Under the pieces are notes generated by a model. That model saw nothing but the letters and a program-made list of their open reading frames with translations, ran no database searches and was not told the DNA's origin. Positions 40,805 through 51,704 of a stretch of 64,000 nt of DNA are shown here, piece after piece. Origin of the DNA: an uncultured Verrucomicrobiae bacterium (GTDB lineage: Bacteria; Verrucomicrobiota; Verrucomicrobiia; Limisphaerales; JAFGQR01). The translations under genes and the position numbers were made by a program. The stretch covers positions 384,001 through 448,000 of the forward strand of contig CAWBHS010000072.1 in the NCBI GenBank assembly GCA_963788655.1, written 5' to 3'. The first letter of the stretch is position 1. Each line of letters opens with the position of its first letter.

Positions 40805-43069
40805 ATGAAAACCTTGTTTTGCAATCCGCGAAATTTTCTAGCCCTCGCTGGTCTGCTTGCGGGAATAGACCTCGTTGCCTTCACTTCGCTCGCTGCCCAA
40901 GTCAAGGACGCCGGCGACCAGATTCAAATCGTCACGCCGAACTACCGTCTCGACATCGTCAAGCAGAACTTCCGCTACGGGTTCACCCGACCGGACGGCA
41001 CGGTCATCGCGGCGCCCAACGACGAGTTCGGTCTGGAGTTTGGCGGCGGGCATTCGGTGGGCACGACACTGCGTTCGTCCGCTCCGGAGCAAGTGGTGCT
41101 CGAACGTCACCAATGACAAAGGCGCGCACGCTACGGTGGCCATCGAGCCGGGCGACCACTTCGTTCGCTTCAGCGTGACCCAATCCGAAACGAACCGAAT
41201 TCTGGCGCGCATCGGCGGCATTACGCCAGCGTTCGGGCTGGCGGACCATGCGGCATTCGGACGCACCACCACGGACGTGACCGGTTTTTCCGACGGTCAT
41301 TTCCGTGCGCAGGAACCGCCGGGATCAAAGCGGATGATCAGCAACTTCGTGATCTCGCCGGAGCGGGGCATCGCCACCGTGAACATGCAGAAGAGCATGA
41401 AACTCGTCCGCGTGCGGGCGAACGACACGGCCCAAGGAGTGGCCGCCGCGACGGAGATGCTGGCGTTGTATTATTTCCTCGGGACGCCGCAGGAGATTTA
41501 CGCCGCGTATCTGCGGGCGCGTAACCGGGAAGGTTACCCCGTGGACAAACCGAAATACGAATTCTTCGGCGTGGGCTGGGAGGCCTTTGGCGCGCTGGGC
41601 TGGAACACGAATGAAAAGACCGTCACGGAAAACGTGGAACGCTACTTGCGTCTCGGCTTTCCGCTGGAATGGATGGTGGTCGGCTCCGGTTTCTGGCCGA
41701 ATGAGGATCCGAATTTGCAGGCCACGACCAGCTTTGGGATGTGGGACAAGCAGCGTTACCCCGATCCGCGGAGATTCATTGAGCACTTCAAGAGTCGTGG
41801 GTTGAAATTCTTTCTCGGTCTCCGGATCGCGTTTATCGAGGACGGACCGTATTCGGCGGAGGGCGTGGCGAAGGGCTATTTCCTGAAAGAGAACGGGAAG
41901 GCCAAAGCGTGGCAACTCGGTTTCCCTCGGCGCCCCGCTTACCTGTTGGACGGCGAAAATCCCGAAGCGGTGAAGTGGTATGTGGCCCTTTGCCAAAAGT
42001 GGATGGATTACGGCGTGGATGGTTTCAAGGAAGACCTGTTCGGTTATCGGGTCGCGCATACGCTCGATGGCAACATTGATCCCGTAAACCAAGCGTTGAT
42101 GGAGAAAGGCGTGTTCATCATGGGGCGTAACGCGTATTTAGGCTCCGCCTGCGACATCCACCGAATCGAAGATTTCAACTTCGGCCAAAACCAGGACCGC
42201 GGTCCGATCAACGTGCTGGCGTTTGCCTACAGCGGCTTTCCCTACCCCTATCCCGACATAACCGGCGGCACGTTCGGCGAGGGCCGCAAGACGCCGCCGT
42301 TGACCAGTCCACAAATGCAGAACTACATGATGCGCTTGGCGCAGTTCGATTCCGTGAATCCGGCGATGGCCGTCGGTATGGGACCGTGGCACTTCGGGGA
42401 AAAGGTCGAACAGGTGATGCTCGAGCGGCGCAGTTGCACGCGCGGCTGCAGCCCTACATTTACAGCGCTGCCGTAGATGCCTATGAAACCGGTTTCCCCT
42501 GGACCATGACGCCGCTGCCGCTGGCGTTCCCGAACGATCCGCAGGTCTATGGCCGCGAAAACACCACCGTGCGGGGTTACGAATGGCTGTTCGGCCCGTC
42601 GCTGCTGGCCTGTCCGCTCTACGGCAACGACTACGCCACCGCCACGACGCGTGATGTGTATTTGCCCGCCGGGAAGTGGGTGGATTTCGACACTGGCGAG
42701 GTTCACATGGGGCCAAAGCTACTGCAGAATTTCCCGTTGCCGCCTGGCAAAACGCCGCTTTTCGTCGGCGGCAAAGGCGTGCTCGTGTTGCGCGATCTCA
42801 AGGACGACACTCTCCAGGCCAAGGTTTACCCGATCACGCCCCGCGGCTCCACTTATCGCTTCACGTATCGGGATGGCGTGACCCGCAGTTCCATCGTCAA
42901 CGCCAATACTGGCTGGGACCAACTCGCCGTCCTCGACACGACTGACAACCAACCGGTGAAATTCGAGCGGGAAGCCCAGACCGAAGCTATTCGGTTCGCC
43001 ATCATTCCCGGCCACAATTACCGGGTAAGCGACCGACAGTCATCCAACTCTGGCAAAGCTGGAGATTGA
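40805..43069 (+). CDS. Secreted glycoside hydrolase family 31-like protein; frameshifts ~41105 and ~42425
   Basis: YGVDGFKED nucleophile-like motif; RIEDF; YPDITGG; LQPYIYS..; EWLFGPSLLACP; RDVYLPAGKWVDF...PLFV. Three ORFs join. Confidence 0.8.
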
Positions 43070-43150
43070 AAATGATAAACAACTTAACACGGCTCAGATT
43101 TTCCAGCGGTGTGCGCGAAGCGGCGAGACGGTGTTGGCGAACGACACCTT

Positions 43151-43323
43151 CCCCCTCACCCCAGCCCTCTCCCTTGGGGAGAGGGAGCACCATTTGCCGC
43201 CAACCTCGGGAAGCGAAGCTCTCGGAAAACTGGTCACTTGGCTCCTGCAAATTCAGCATCGAGCCAACCGAGCGCCTCATCAGCTGTTCCCTCTCCCTGG
43301 GGGAGAGGGTCAGGGTGAGGGGG
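43151..43323. repeat. CCCCTCACCC..CCCTCTCCC..GGGAGAGGG inverted repeat pair (family G)
   Basis: CCCCCTCACCCCAGCCCTCTCCCTTGGGGAGAGGG ... CCCTCTCCCTGGGGGAGAGGGTCAGGGTGAGGGGG. Confidence 0.85.
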
Positions 43324-43420
43324 AAACACGGAGCTCCACAAAGAAGTTCGCTTCGAGATGTTTCCCTTACGTCCAACGCTACGACTCCTCCATCCACACC
43401 GGATATTTTCCTGAAAAATT

Positions 43421-44155
43421 ATGAAAGCCATATTCCTCCTTTCTCTGACCCTTGCTTGCGCTGTCCAAGCCGCGCCACCGCCAGGCTACAAACTGGCCTG
43501 GGCGGATGAATTCGATGGCAGCAAACTCGACCCCAACAAGTGGGCTTACCGCACCGACAGTAAACATTGGAGCACACAGAAACCGGAGAACGTGTCAGTG
43601 GCTGACGGTAAGTTGATCCTGGCCGTGAAGAAGGAAGCAGCCAGTGGCAAGAACTACACTGGCGCCGGCGTCATCAGCCGCCAGGCCTTTAAGTATGGTT
43701 ATTACGAAGCCCGCTTCAAAGTTCCGCCGGGCGCGGGGTGGCACACTTCGTTCTGGATGATGAAACACGATGGCTCCGGGAGCACCATGTGGCAGGCCAC
43801 CGCCCAGGAACTCGACGTGTGCGAGAACGATTCGGCCAAGCCGACCAGCTATGGTGCCAACACGCACCTTTGGAATCCACCGCCGCACCGGGCCTTCGGC
43901 CACAAGACCGTTTCCACACCAAACCTGGCGGCGGACTTTCACGTTTTCGGCTGCGAGTTCACCCCGCAGGTGGTGAAATATTTTTTTGAGAGCAAGCTGG
44001 TGCAGACGGTGGATGCCACTCAGTTCCCGCATAGTGACCAGAACATCTGGCTGACCACCATCGCCTCCCACCTCGGCGGTATCAAAGCTGTGGAGGACAG
44101 CAAGCTGCCCGCAGCAGCGGTGTTCGACTACGTTCGCTTCTACGAGAAACAATAA
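43421..44155 (+). CDS. Secreted glycoside hydrolase family 16
   Basis: YKLAWADEFDG; FKYGYYEARFK; catalytic ELDVCE; FHVFG; FDYVRFY. Confidence 0.9.
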   Translation: MKAIFLLSLTLACAVQAAPPPGYKLAWADEFDGSKLDPNKWAYRTDSKHWSTQKPENVSVADGKLILAVKKEAASGKNYTGAGVISRQAFKYGYYEARFKVPPGAGWHTSFWMMKHDGSGSTMWQATAQELDVCENDSAKPTSYGANTHLWNPPPHRAFGHKTVSTPNLAADFHVFGCEFTPQVVKYFFESKLVQTVDATQFPHSDQNIWLTTIASHLGGIKAVEDSKLPAAAVFDYVRFYEKQ

Positions 44156-44225
44156 ACAAGCAAATGGCTGACCAGAGCATGCTCGCCCTTGCAGACTTTG
44201 GCCGAGTTAGGGTTTACTGGCGCTC

Positions 44226-47200
44226 ATGATTCCGACCTTCAAGCCGTTCTCTCTATTTGCCGCCGTCCTGCTGTTGGCCACCGCGCTGGCGCATGCCGAT
44301 GACCTGGAACAAGCGTTCACCCATCCGCCCCAATCCGCCAAGCCCGGCGTGTGGTGGCATTGGATGGGGTGCAACGTGACGAAGGACGGCATCACCCGCG
44401 ACCTGGAAGCGCTCAAGGCTGCCGGCTTTGGCAGCGCGACGATTTTCGGTATGGCCGATGTTTGCACGCCCTGGGCGGGCCGGATTGAAAACAGTCCAAC
44501 TGCCGGATTGGTTGCGTTCACCGACCCATGGTGGCAACTGGTCCGCCACGCGGCCGCTGAAGGACGCCGGCTGAGTCTCGACGTGGGCATTCACAATTGT
44601 CCCGGTTACGAGAGCAGCGGCGGACCGTGGATCCCGTCGGAGTTGTCGATGCTGGAAGTCTGTTCCTCGCAAACACCCGCCACCGGATCGGGCAGGATCA
44701 GTCTCGCGCTGCCCCAACCGAAGGTCGATCCGCGTTCGACCATGCCCTTTCCCGTGTTCAATCCCGAAACCGGCAAAGTCGAGAAACCGGTGGTGCCAGC
44801 GCGGCAAACCTTTTATCGCGACATTGCCCTGGTGGCTTTGCCCGCCGAAGGCGTGGTGGCGAAGGGGCAGGTGATTAACCTGACCGGCCAGAACGAGTGG
44901 GACGCGCCGCCGGGGAAATGGATCATTTACCGGTTCGGTTACACGACCCAGGGAAAGATGACGCAGCCGAATCAATGGGAGGCCCGCGGATTGGAATGCG
45001 ACAAGATGAGCGAGGCAGCGGTTACGTTCCATATAGACCATCTTCTCAGCGGCATGAAACGTAATCTGGGCGATCTCATCGGCACCGGCCTGAAATACGT
45101 CCTCTTCGATAGCTACGAAGCCGGCAGCCCTTCGTGGACGCCGCGGATGCGCGAGGAGTTCACGGCGCGCCGGGGTTACGACCTCACGCCGTTTCTGGCG
45201 ACCTTCGCCGGACGCACGGTGGGCAGCCCCGCCGACACCGCCAAGTTCAAAGCCGATTTCAATCGGACCATCGAGGATCTTTACCGTGACGTTTACTTCC
45301 CGACTGTGCAACGAATGCTGCACGCGGCGGATCTGCAATTTGCGTGCGAGCCCTATGGCGGGCCGTGGCGCGTGGGCGAAGTCGCGCCGTACGTAGATCG
45401 CGTGATGACGGAATTCTGGACTAGCAACGACGGGTTTCGCGGCAGTGTGCCGGGCGGCATTCTGAACGCGGCCAACGGTGGTTCACACAATATTCTCGCG
45501 GCGGAAGCCTTTACCGGCGCGCCCGAGAACAGTCAGTGGACGGAGTATCCGGAGTGGCTCAAGCCGATTGGCGATGGAGCATTCCTGGCCGGCATCAACC
45601 GGCTCGTGCTGCACCATTGCGTGCTCCAGCCGTGGGACGACCGCTATCGCCCAGGCAACACGATGGGCCGCTGGGGCACCCACTTCGGACGACTCCAAAC
45701 GTGGTGGGGGCAGGGCCATGCTTGGGTGCAATATCTCAGCCGTTGCCAGGCACTCCTGCAATGGGGGCAACCGGCGCCAGACGATTTCGCCAACGAAAGC
45801 GGTCTTTCCGTGCGCAGCCTCCATCGGCGGGGGGAAGGCGCGGATGTCTTCTTTGTCGCCAACCCGGCGCGCACCAGCGGTGCGGCGGAGTGCGTGTTCA
45901 GCCTGGCGGGGCGGCAACCGGAGTTGTGGGATCCGGTCACCGGCAGCATGCGAGATCTGTCGGATTTTCAGATTGTCGATGGCGAAACGTCCCTGTGGTT
46001 GGAGTTCGCGCCGGTGCGAAGTTACTTCATTGTTTTCCGCCGGAAGGTCGCCGCCAACGTGGCGAGGGACCGCGCGAATTTCCCAGTGCTGAGTCCGCGA
46101 GCGGAATTGACAGGTCCTTGGGAAGTAAGCTTCGATCCCCAGTGGGGCGGGCCGGAGCAAGTGCAGTTCGAGCACCTCGACGACTGGACTAAGCGCCCGG
46201 AGCCGGGCATCAAGTATTACAGCGGCACCGCCGTCTATCGGACGACGTTCAACGTCAGCCAATCTGAGATTTTCAAATCTGAAATCTCAATTCCGCCTCT
46301 CCCTCGGTACCGTTCACCACCTCGCGCGCGTGCGACTCAACGGCCAGAATCTGGGCATCATCTGGTGCGCACCATGGAGCGTGGCATTACCCGCCGGCTT
46401 GCTCAAAGCCATTGGCAATCGCCTGGAAATCGAAGTCGTCAACGTCTGGGCCAACCGGCTGATTGGCGACGAACAGGAGCCGCCGGATTGCGAATGGCAA
46501 CCCGGCGACTTGCCCGGGGGCCGCTATCTCAAGCGCTTTCCCGATTGGTTCGTTCACAACGAGCCGCGACCCTCCCAGGGCCGCTATTGTTTCACGACTT
46601 GGAACTACTTCACCAAAGACTCGCCGTTGGTCCCGTCCGGCTTGCTTGGTCCCGTCCAGTTGATGACTGAGGATTGGACTCGGCACGCCCTACCGACTGC
46701 TACCAATCGAGCCAATGCCATCAGGCGCCGAACCAGCAGCCGTTCGACCGCGGCTTTCGAGTCGGACGTGCAGAAAGCCGGATTGGTTGCTTGTGGTCGC
46801 ATCACCGAAGAGCGCGTGGTTCACGCCGGTGGCGGCAGCGACGCCAGCGCGTTGTTCAACGGCACCACGAAAAACGGCTCCGGCGGCGACGAAACCGCAG
46901 ACGACGGCAAGACCTTCCGCGGTTATGGCGCCGGCAGTGTGCTCACCATTCAACTCACTGCGCCGCACGACTTGACCGAAATTCGCACCTTCGCCGGCCA
47001 CCCCGACGGCCGCGCCAGCCAGGGCTACACGGTGTCCGTGGCGCGTGCCGCCGAGCCAAAGAAGTTTGTGGAGCTCACCATGGCCGTGTTGGAATGCGTC
47101 GGCGGTGCATCGGAATTGCGCGCGCCCGTGAAGGCGAAAGCCGTCGTGGCGGTGCGCTTCGAGTTTCAGGACGGCCCGCTCGGCTTCAACGTCTATCGCG

Positions 47201-47238
47201 AAATCAACCTTGTCGGGCAACCGACTAGATCGAGATGA
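44226..47238 (+). CDS. Secreted GH106 (alpha-L-rhamnosidase-like) glycoside hydrolase with an extra C-terminal beta-sandwich; frameshift ~46270
   Basis: PPQSAKPGVWWHWM..NVTKDGITRDLEA; GYESSGGPWI; GLECDKM; FDSYEAG; EPYG; MTEFW; AEAFT; IKYYSGTA; SGLLGPV. Confidence 0.85.
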
Positions 47239-47458
47239 CACGAGGACAGGACGCTTTCTCGTATGGCAGTTGACGGCGTCGGTCGCACGCCCTGAACTGA
47301 CTTGTGGGCTACTGCTTTTACAGAGCTTTTGGACAAGATGCATGTGCGTCTCCAGATACTGACGGGTCGTCAAATCGCACTTCGTGTTGCAGGCTTGCCT
47401 TACCCAGTTTGTGCCTTTACCGTCCGCTTAGACAAGCGACGGAAACTGAAAGTGCCGC

Positions 47459-48331
47459 ATGACTACTGAGAAGTTCCTAAAGAAGCTGCAAGACCACACT
47501 GGTTCCTTCGCCGCCGCCGTGGCGACGAAGGAAGGCGAGTGGATCATCAAAGGCTTCATCGATATTGACCGCCACATCTACACGATTTCGGTGGACACCA
47601 AGATCGTGTCGAAGGTTCTGGAGTTGCTCCTGTTCCCGATGTTTGTCGAGTTTGGTAAGAAACACGGGCTACAAATCGAGTTGTGCCCGCAGCAGAATTT
47701 CTACCCGGACTTGACGTTCACTGAGCCAAGGTCAGGCTGGAAGTTTGCAGTGGACATTAAGAGCACTTACCGGACGAGCGAAACAGAGGTGAACGGGATG
47801 ACGTTAGGCGCGTTCACGGGTTACTTCCGCAATCGCGAGAGCAACAAGAACACTCTATATCCGTACAGCCAATACGCTGGGCACTTTGTCGTTGGTGTGA
47901 TTTACTCCAAGGGCGACGCGGTGGCGGACGAGCGGCGTCAGTTTACATTGGACGAGCTGCCCACAATTCCGTCGGTAATCAAGGATTTCCATTTCTTCGC
48001 GCAGCCGAAATATCGGATCGCGGCCGCACGGCCCGGCAGCGGGAACACGAAGAACATCGGCTCGGTCACGAAGATCGAACACCTGGTCAAGGGCACTGGG
48101 CCTTTTGCCACGCTGGGCGAAGAAGTCTATGATGATTACTGGATGTTCTACCTGACGCGCGACATGGCTCAGGCTCTCAACGTCAAACGGCCTTACGCCA
48201 GTTTAAGGGAATATGCCGACTACAAACAAAAGGGCATCGAATCCATTCGCGCGCACGAAAAGCAGATAGCCAAACTGGCCGCAGAGGAACCGGCGGGAGT
48301 TGAAGACGAATCCACTGAGAACGAGGAATGA
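47459..48331 (+). CDS. Type II restriction endonuclease, EcoRV family
   Basis: DTKIVSKVLEL, QQNFYPDLTF, FAVDIKSTY (PD...DxK), KNTLYPYSQY..H and GSGNTKNIGS parallel EcoRV's SDTKVLS..FE, QQNHYPDF, IDIKTTY and GSGNTTNIGS. Confidence 0.9.
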   Translation: MTTEKFLKKLQDHTGSFAAAVATKEGEWIIKGFIDIDRHIYTISVDTKIVSKVLELLLFPMFVEFGKKHGLQIELCPQQNFYPDLTFTEPRSGWKFAVDIKSTYRTSETEVNGMTLGAFTGYFRNRESNKNTLYPYSQYAGHFVVGVIYSKGDAVADERRQFTLDELPTIPSVIKDFHFFAQPKYRIAAARPGSGNTKNIGSVTKIEHLVKGTGPFATLGEEVYDDYWMFYLTRDMAQALNVKRPYASLREYADYKQKGIESIRAHEKQIAKLAAEEPAGVEDESTENEE

Positions 48332-48332
48332 C

Positions 48333-49280
48333 ATGAGCACACCGCCGTTAGTCCCACCGATCAAATGCCAGGGGATAAAGACCAAGCTGGTCGAGGAAAT
48401 CCGCGCCTTGGCGGCGATGCATGATTATGAGCGGTGGGTGGAGCCGTTCTGCGGCAGTTGCGTCGTGCCACTGAACCTTCAACCGCAACGGGCGCTGCTC
48501 TGCGATTCGAATGTCCACATCATCCGACTCTATCAAGACATTCAGGCCGGACGGCTGACGGCGCCGCGTGTAAAGGCGTTCTTGACGGAGGAAGGGGCGA
48601 AGTTGCGCACCAGGGGCGAAGACCATTTTTACGAGGTTCGCGAGCGCTTCAACGACCGATGTAGCTCGCTGGATTTCCTTTTCCTGAACCGCTCCTGCTT
48701 CAACGGCGTCATGCGCTTCAATCGCTCTGGCAAATTCAACGTGCCGTTCTGCCGGAAGCCAAACCGTTTCGACGTGAAATATGTGTCCAAAATCACGAAC
48801 CAACTTCGCCGGATTGGAGAGGTGATCGCGAACAAAGACTGGGTATTCGAAGCCGCTGATTTCCGAACGACACTGGGCAAGGTGAGAGAAGTTGACTTCG
48901 TATATGCTGACCCACCGTATGCTGGCCGGCATATGGACAAATTCAACTCTTGGTCGGATAAAGATGAGAACGACTTGGCCACCCAATTGAAGCGGCTTTC
49001 TGGCAAGTTCATCCTCTCGAATGGCAAAGCAATAGTTCGGAACCAACGTGCTGTTGGAACAGAATTGACGGAGTCGCGCTTCCAGCTTTTCACTCGGCAG
49101 CATTTCTATCACGTCGGCTCCACTGAAGACTTACGCCACCCGATGACGGAAGCGCTGGTAACCAACTTGTCCGGCGGGCGCTACGCAACAGCACAGCCCG
49201 CCTTGGAACAGATGGTCTTCTTTGAGAAACCGGCAAATGATTTCGGTAGTTCCAGGCCGGAGGCAGAGCGCAAATCATGA
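48333..49280 (+). CDS. Dam/D12-family N6-adenine DNA methyltransferase (M.EcoRV-like)
   Basis: PIKCQGIKTKL; VEPFCGS; FLFLNRSCFNG.MRFN..GKFNVPF; YADPPY; HFYHVG...EALVTN. 49020-49070 looks locally garbled by compensating indels. Confidence 0.9.
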   Translation: MSTPPLVPPIKCQGIKTKLVEEIRALAAMHDYERWVEPFCGSCVVPLNLQPQRALLCDSNVHIIRLYQDIQAGRLTAPRVKAFLTEEGAKLRTRGEDHFYEVRERFNDRCSSLDFLFLNRSCFNGVMRFNRSGKFNVPFCRKPNRFDVKYVSKITNQLRRIGEVIANKDWVFEAADFRTTLGKVREVDFVYADPPYAGRHMDKFNSWSDKDENDLATQLKRLSGKFILSNGKAIVRNQRAVGTELTESRFQLFTRQHFYHVGSTEDLRHPMTEALVTNLSGGRYATAQPALEQMVFFEKPANDFGSSRPEAERKS

Positions 49281-49434
49281 TTTAATGCGCCGTCATCACT
49301 CAGGCGGCGGCACATGAATGGCGCGGAAGGATGATGACCGTGAGGGAGGCTGCCGCGCCCACCCAAGCAGGCTGCAAGAAAATCTCCTCGCCATCGTCAC
49401 AATGGTGCGTAATCTTAGGGTCATATTGGCCCTT

Positions 49435-51688
49435 ATGACGAAAATCTTTCCGCCTGATTACAGTCTGACCGGCGTGAATGCGGCGCTCGCGGTGGAGAAG
49501 GGCCTCGCCGAGGCCGATTGGTACACCACTCCGGTCCCGAAGGCGGAAATGCGCAAGCTCCTGCAGCGCCGCAATGGACCGGCCATCCGCGACACGCGCC
49601 TTGTTGCTGGCCCTGCTGCTGGCTTCTGGTTACGGCACGGTTGTGCTCTGGGGCACTTGGTGGGCGGCGATTCCTTACCTGATTTATGCCGTGCTCTACG
49701 GCACCAGTTCGGACTCGCGCTGGCACGAATGCGGCCACGGAACGGCGTTCAAGACCGACTGGATGAACCGACGTGCTTTATGAACTCGCGTCGTTCATGG
49801 TAATGCGGGAATCCGTGGTCTGGCGCTGGAGCCACACCCGGCATCATAGCGACACTATCATCGTCGGGCGCGATCCCGAAATCCAGGTTCCGCGTCCGCC
49901 CAATCTTCGCGCGCTCGTCCTGAATCTTTTCAACGTGGGCGGCTACCGGACCTACTTCCCGAGCGTGATCCGGCACGCGCTGGGAATCATCTCGGACGCC
50001 GAGCGCACCTTCATCCCGGAAAGCGAATTCCCGAAGGTTTATCGCAATGCGCGGCTCTGTCTTGCTGTTTACGGAGTGGTGATCGCCTCCGCGATCGTTT
50101 GGCATAGCTGGCTTCCGATCTTCCTGTTTGTGTTGCCCCAGTTCTTTGGGACGTGGCTCATGATCGTCCACAATACGACGCAGCACGCCGGACTGGCCGA
50201 GAACGTCCTCGACCACCGGCTCAACTGCCGGACGGTTTACATGAATCCGATCAGCCGGTTTATCTACTGGAACATGAACTACCACGTGGAACATCACATG
50301 TTCCCGCTCGTGCCTTACCATGCGTTGCCCCAATTGCACGCGGTCATCAGAGATGATTGTCCGCCGCCCTATCCGTCCATCTTGGCCGCGTGGCGCGAAA
50401 TTCTCCCGACGCTCCGCCGCCAGGTGAAGGATCCGGCGTACCACGTCAAGCGCTGGTTGCCGCCGCCACGCAATCGGACGCTCGAAGCGACCTACCGCTC
50501 GACCGCCGCGCCTGATGCCGAAGGCTGGGTGGAAGTCTGTGCCGATGCTGATTTGGGCAAGCTGGACGTGATCCGCTTTGACCACGGGAAAAAAACCTTT
50601 GTGCTGGTCCGCGATGGCCACGGCGAGGTCTTTGCCACTGACGGCATCTGCACCCACGGCAACACGCACCTGGCCGACGGACTGGTCCTCGACGGCACGA
50701 TTGAATGTCCGAAACACAACGGGCGTTTCCATCTTGCCGACGGCTCCCCGGCCCGCGTACCGGTCTGCCGCGGATTGGCCACGTATCCGGTCGAGAGCCG
50801 GGACCAGAAACTGTTCCTGAACGCGCACCGACCTGGCGGCGCCGGCGTACGTCACTCAGACGACGCTGCAACTGCGCGTCGTCAGCAATCGCAGCGTGGC
50901 TACGTTTATCAAGGAACTGGTCTTCGAGCCGGTGGGAAAGATCGAGTTCACGCCCGGCGACTACCTGCAATTCGACATCCCGGTTTACGAGGCCATTCGC
51001 TTCCGCGATTTCGACATTCCGGAGCCTTACGCGGCGGTATGGACGGCGCAACATGTCTTCGACCTTGTCGCTCACAATCCCACGGGCGGCCGGCGCAACA
51101 ATTACTCGCTCGCGGGCAATCCCCAGACCGAGTCCACCCTCCGCGTCAACGTCCGCATTGCCACCCCACCGCCGGGACAGGACTGTCCGCCCGGAGTCGG
51201 TTCCGCGCTACATGTTCAGCCTCAAACCCGGCGACACCGTCACCGCCATCGGGCCATTTGGAGATTTCCACATCAAGCCCACGCAGAAGGAAATGGTGTA
51301 TATCGGGGGCGGCTCCGGCATGGCACCGTTGCGGGCCCATATCGCGCGCCTGTTTGAAACCGAGAAGACCCGGCGCCGCGTGCGCTTCTGGTATGGGGCG
51401 CGTTCGCGGCAGGAGCTTTTCTATCAGGATTACTTCGAGGGCATGGCGTCCAAGTTTCCGAACTTCCACTTTCACCTTGCGCTGTCGGCGCCGTTACCAG
51501 AAGACAATTGGACCGGCCATCGTGGTTTCATTCACGAAGTGGTTTTCGAGCAGTATCTGAAATCACACAACAATCTTCGGGCGGTCGAATTCTACCTTTG
51601 CGGACCGCCGCAAATGACCAAAGCTTGCCTGAGGATGCTCGACCAACTGGGGGTGGCCGATTCGCAAATTACCTACGACGAATTCTAA
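49435..51688 (+). CDS. Fusion of a MocD-like fatty-acid-desaturase-type di-iron oxygenase, a MocE-like Rieske ferredoxin and an NqrF-type FAD/NAD(P)H reductase. Four apparent frameshifts (~49600, ~49770, ~50855, ~51205).
   Basis: His boxes HECGH, HTRHH and HVEHH. Rieske CTHG...CPKH in the same ORF (49773-51560). Then VVSNRSVATFIKEL, NYSLA, NVRIATPPP, GPFGDF, IGGGSGMAP, FWYGARS, YLCGPP, YDEF-stop. Confidence 0.8.
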
Positions 51689-51704
51689 CTTTCCCATCAA
51701 TTTC

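Noticed and set aside
50860..51688. A genuine nqrF gene of a Na+-NQR complex
   Set aside because: It has no N-terminal TM or plant-type ferredoxin domain, no nqrA-E genes are nearby, and it continues from the Rieske domain.
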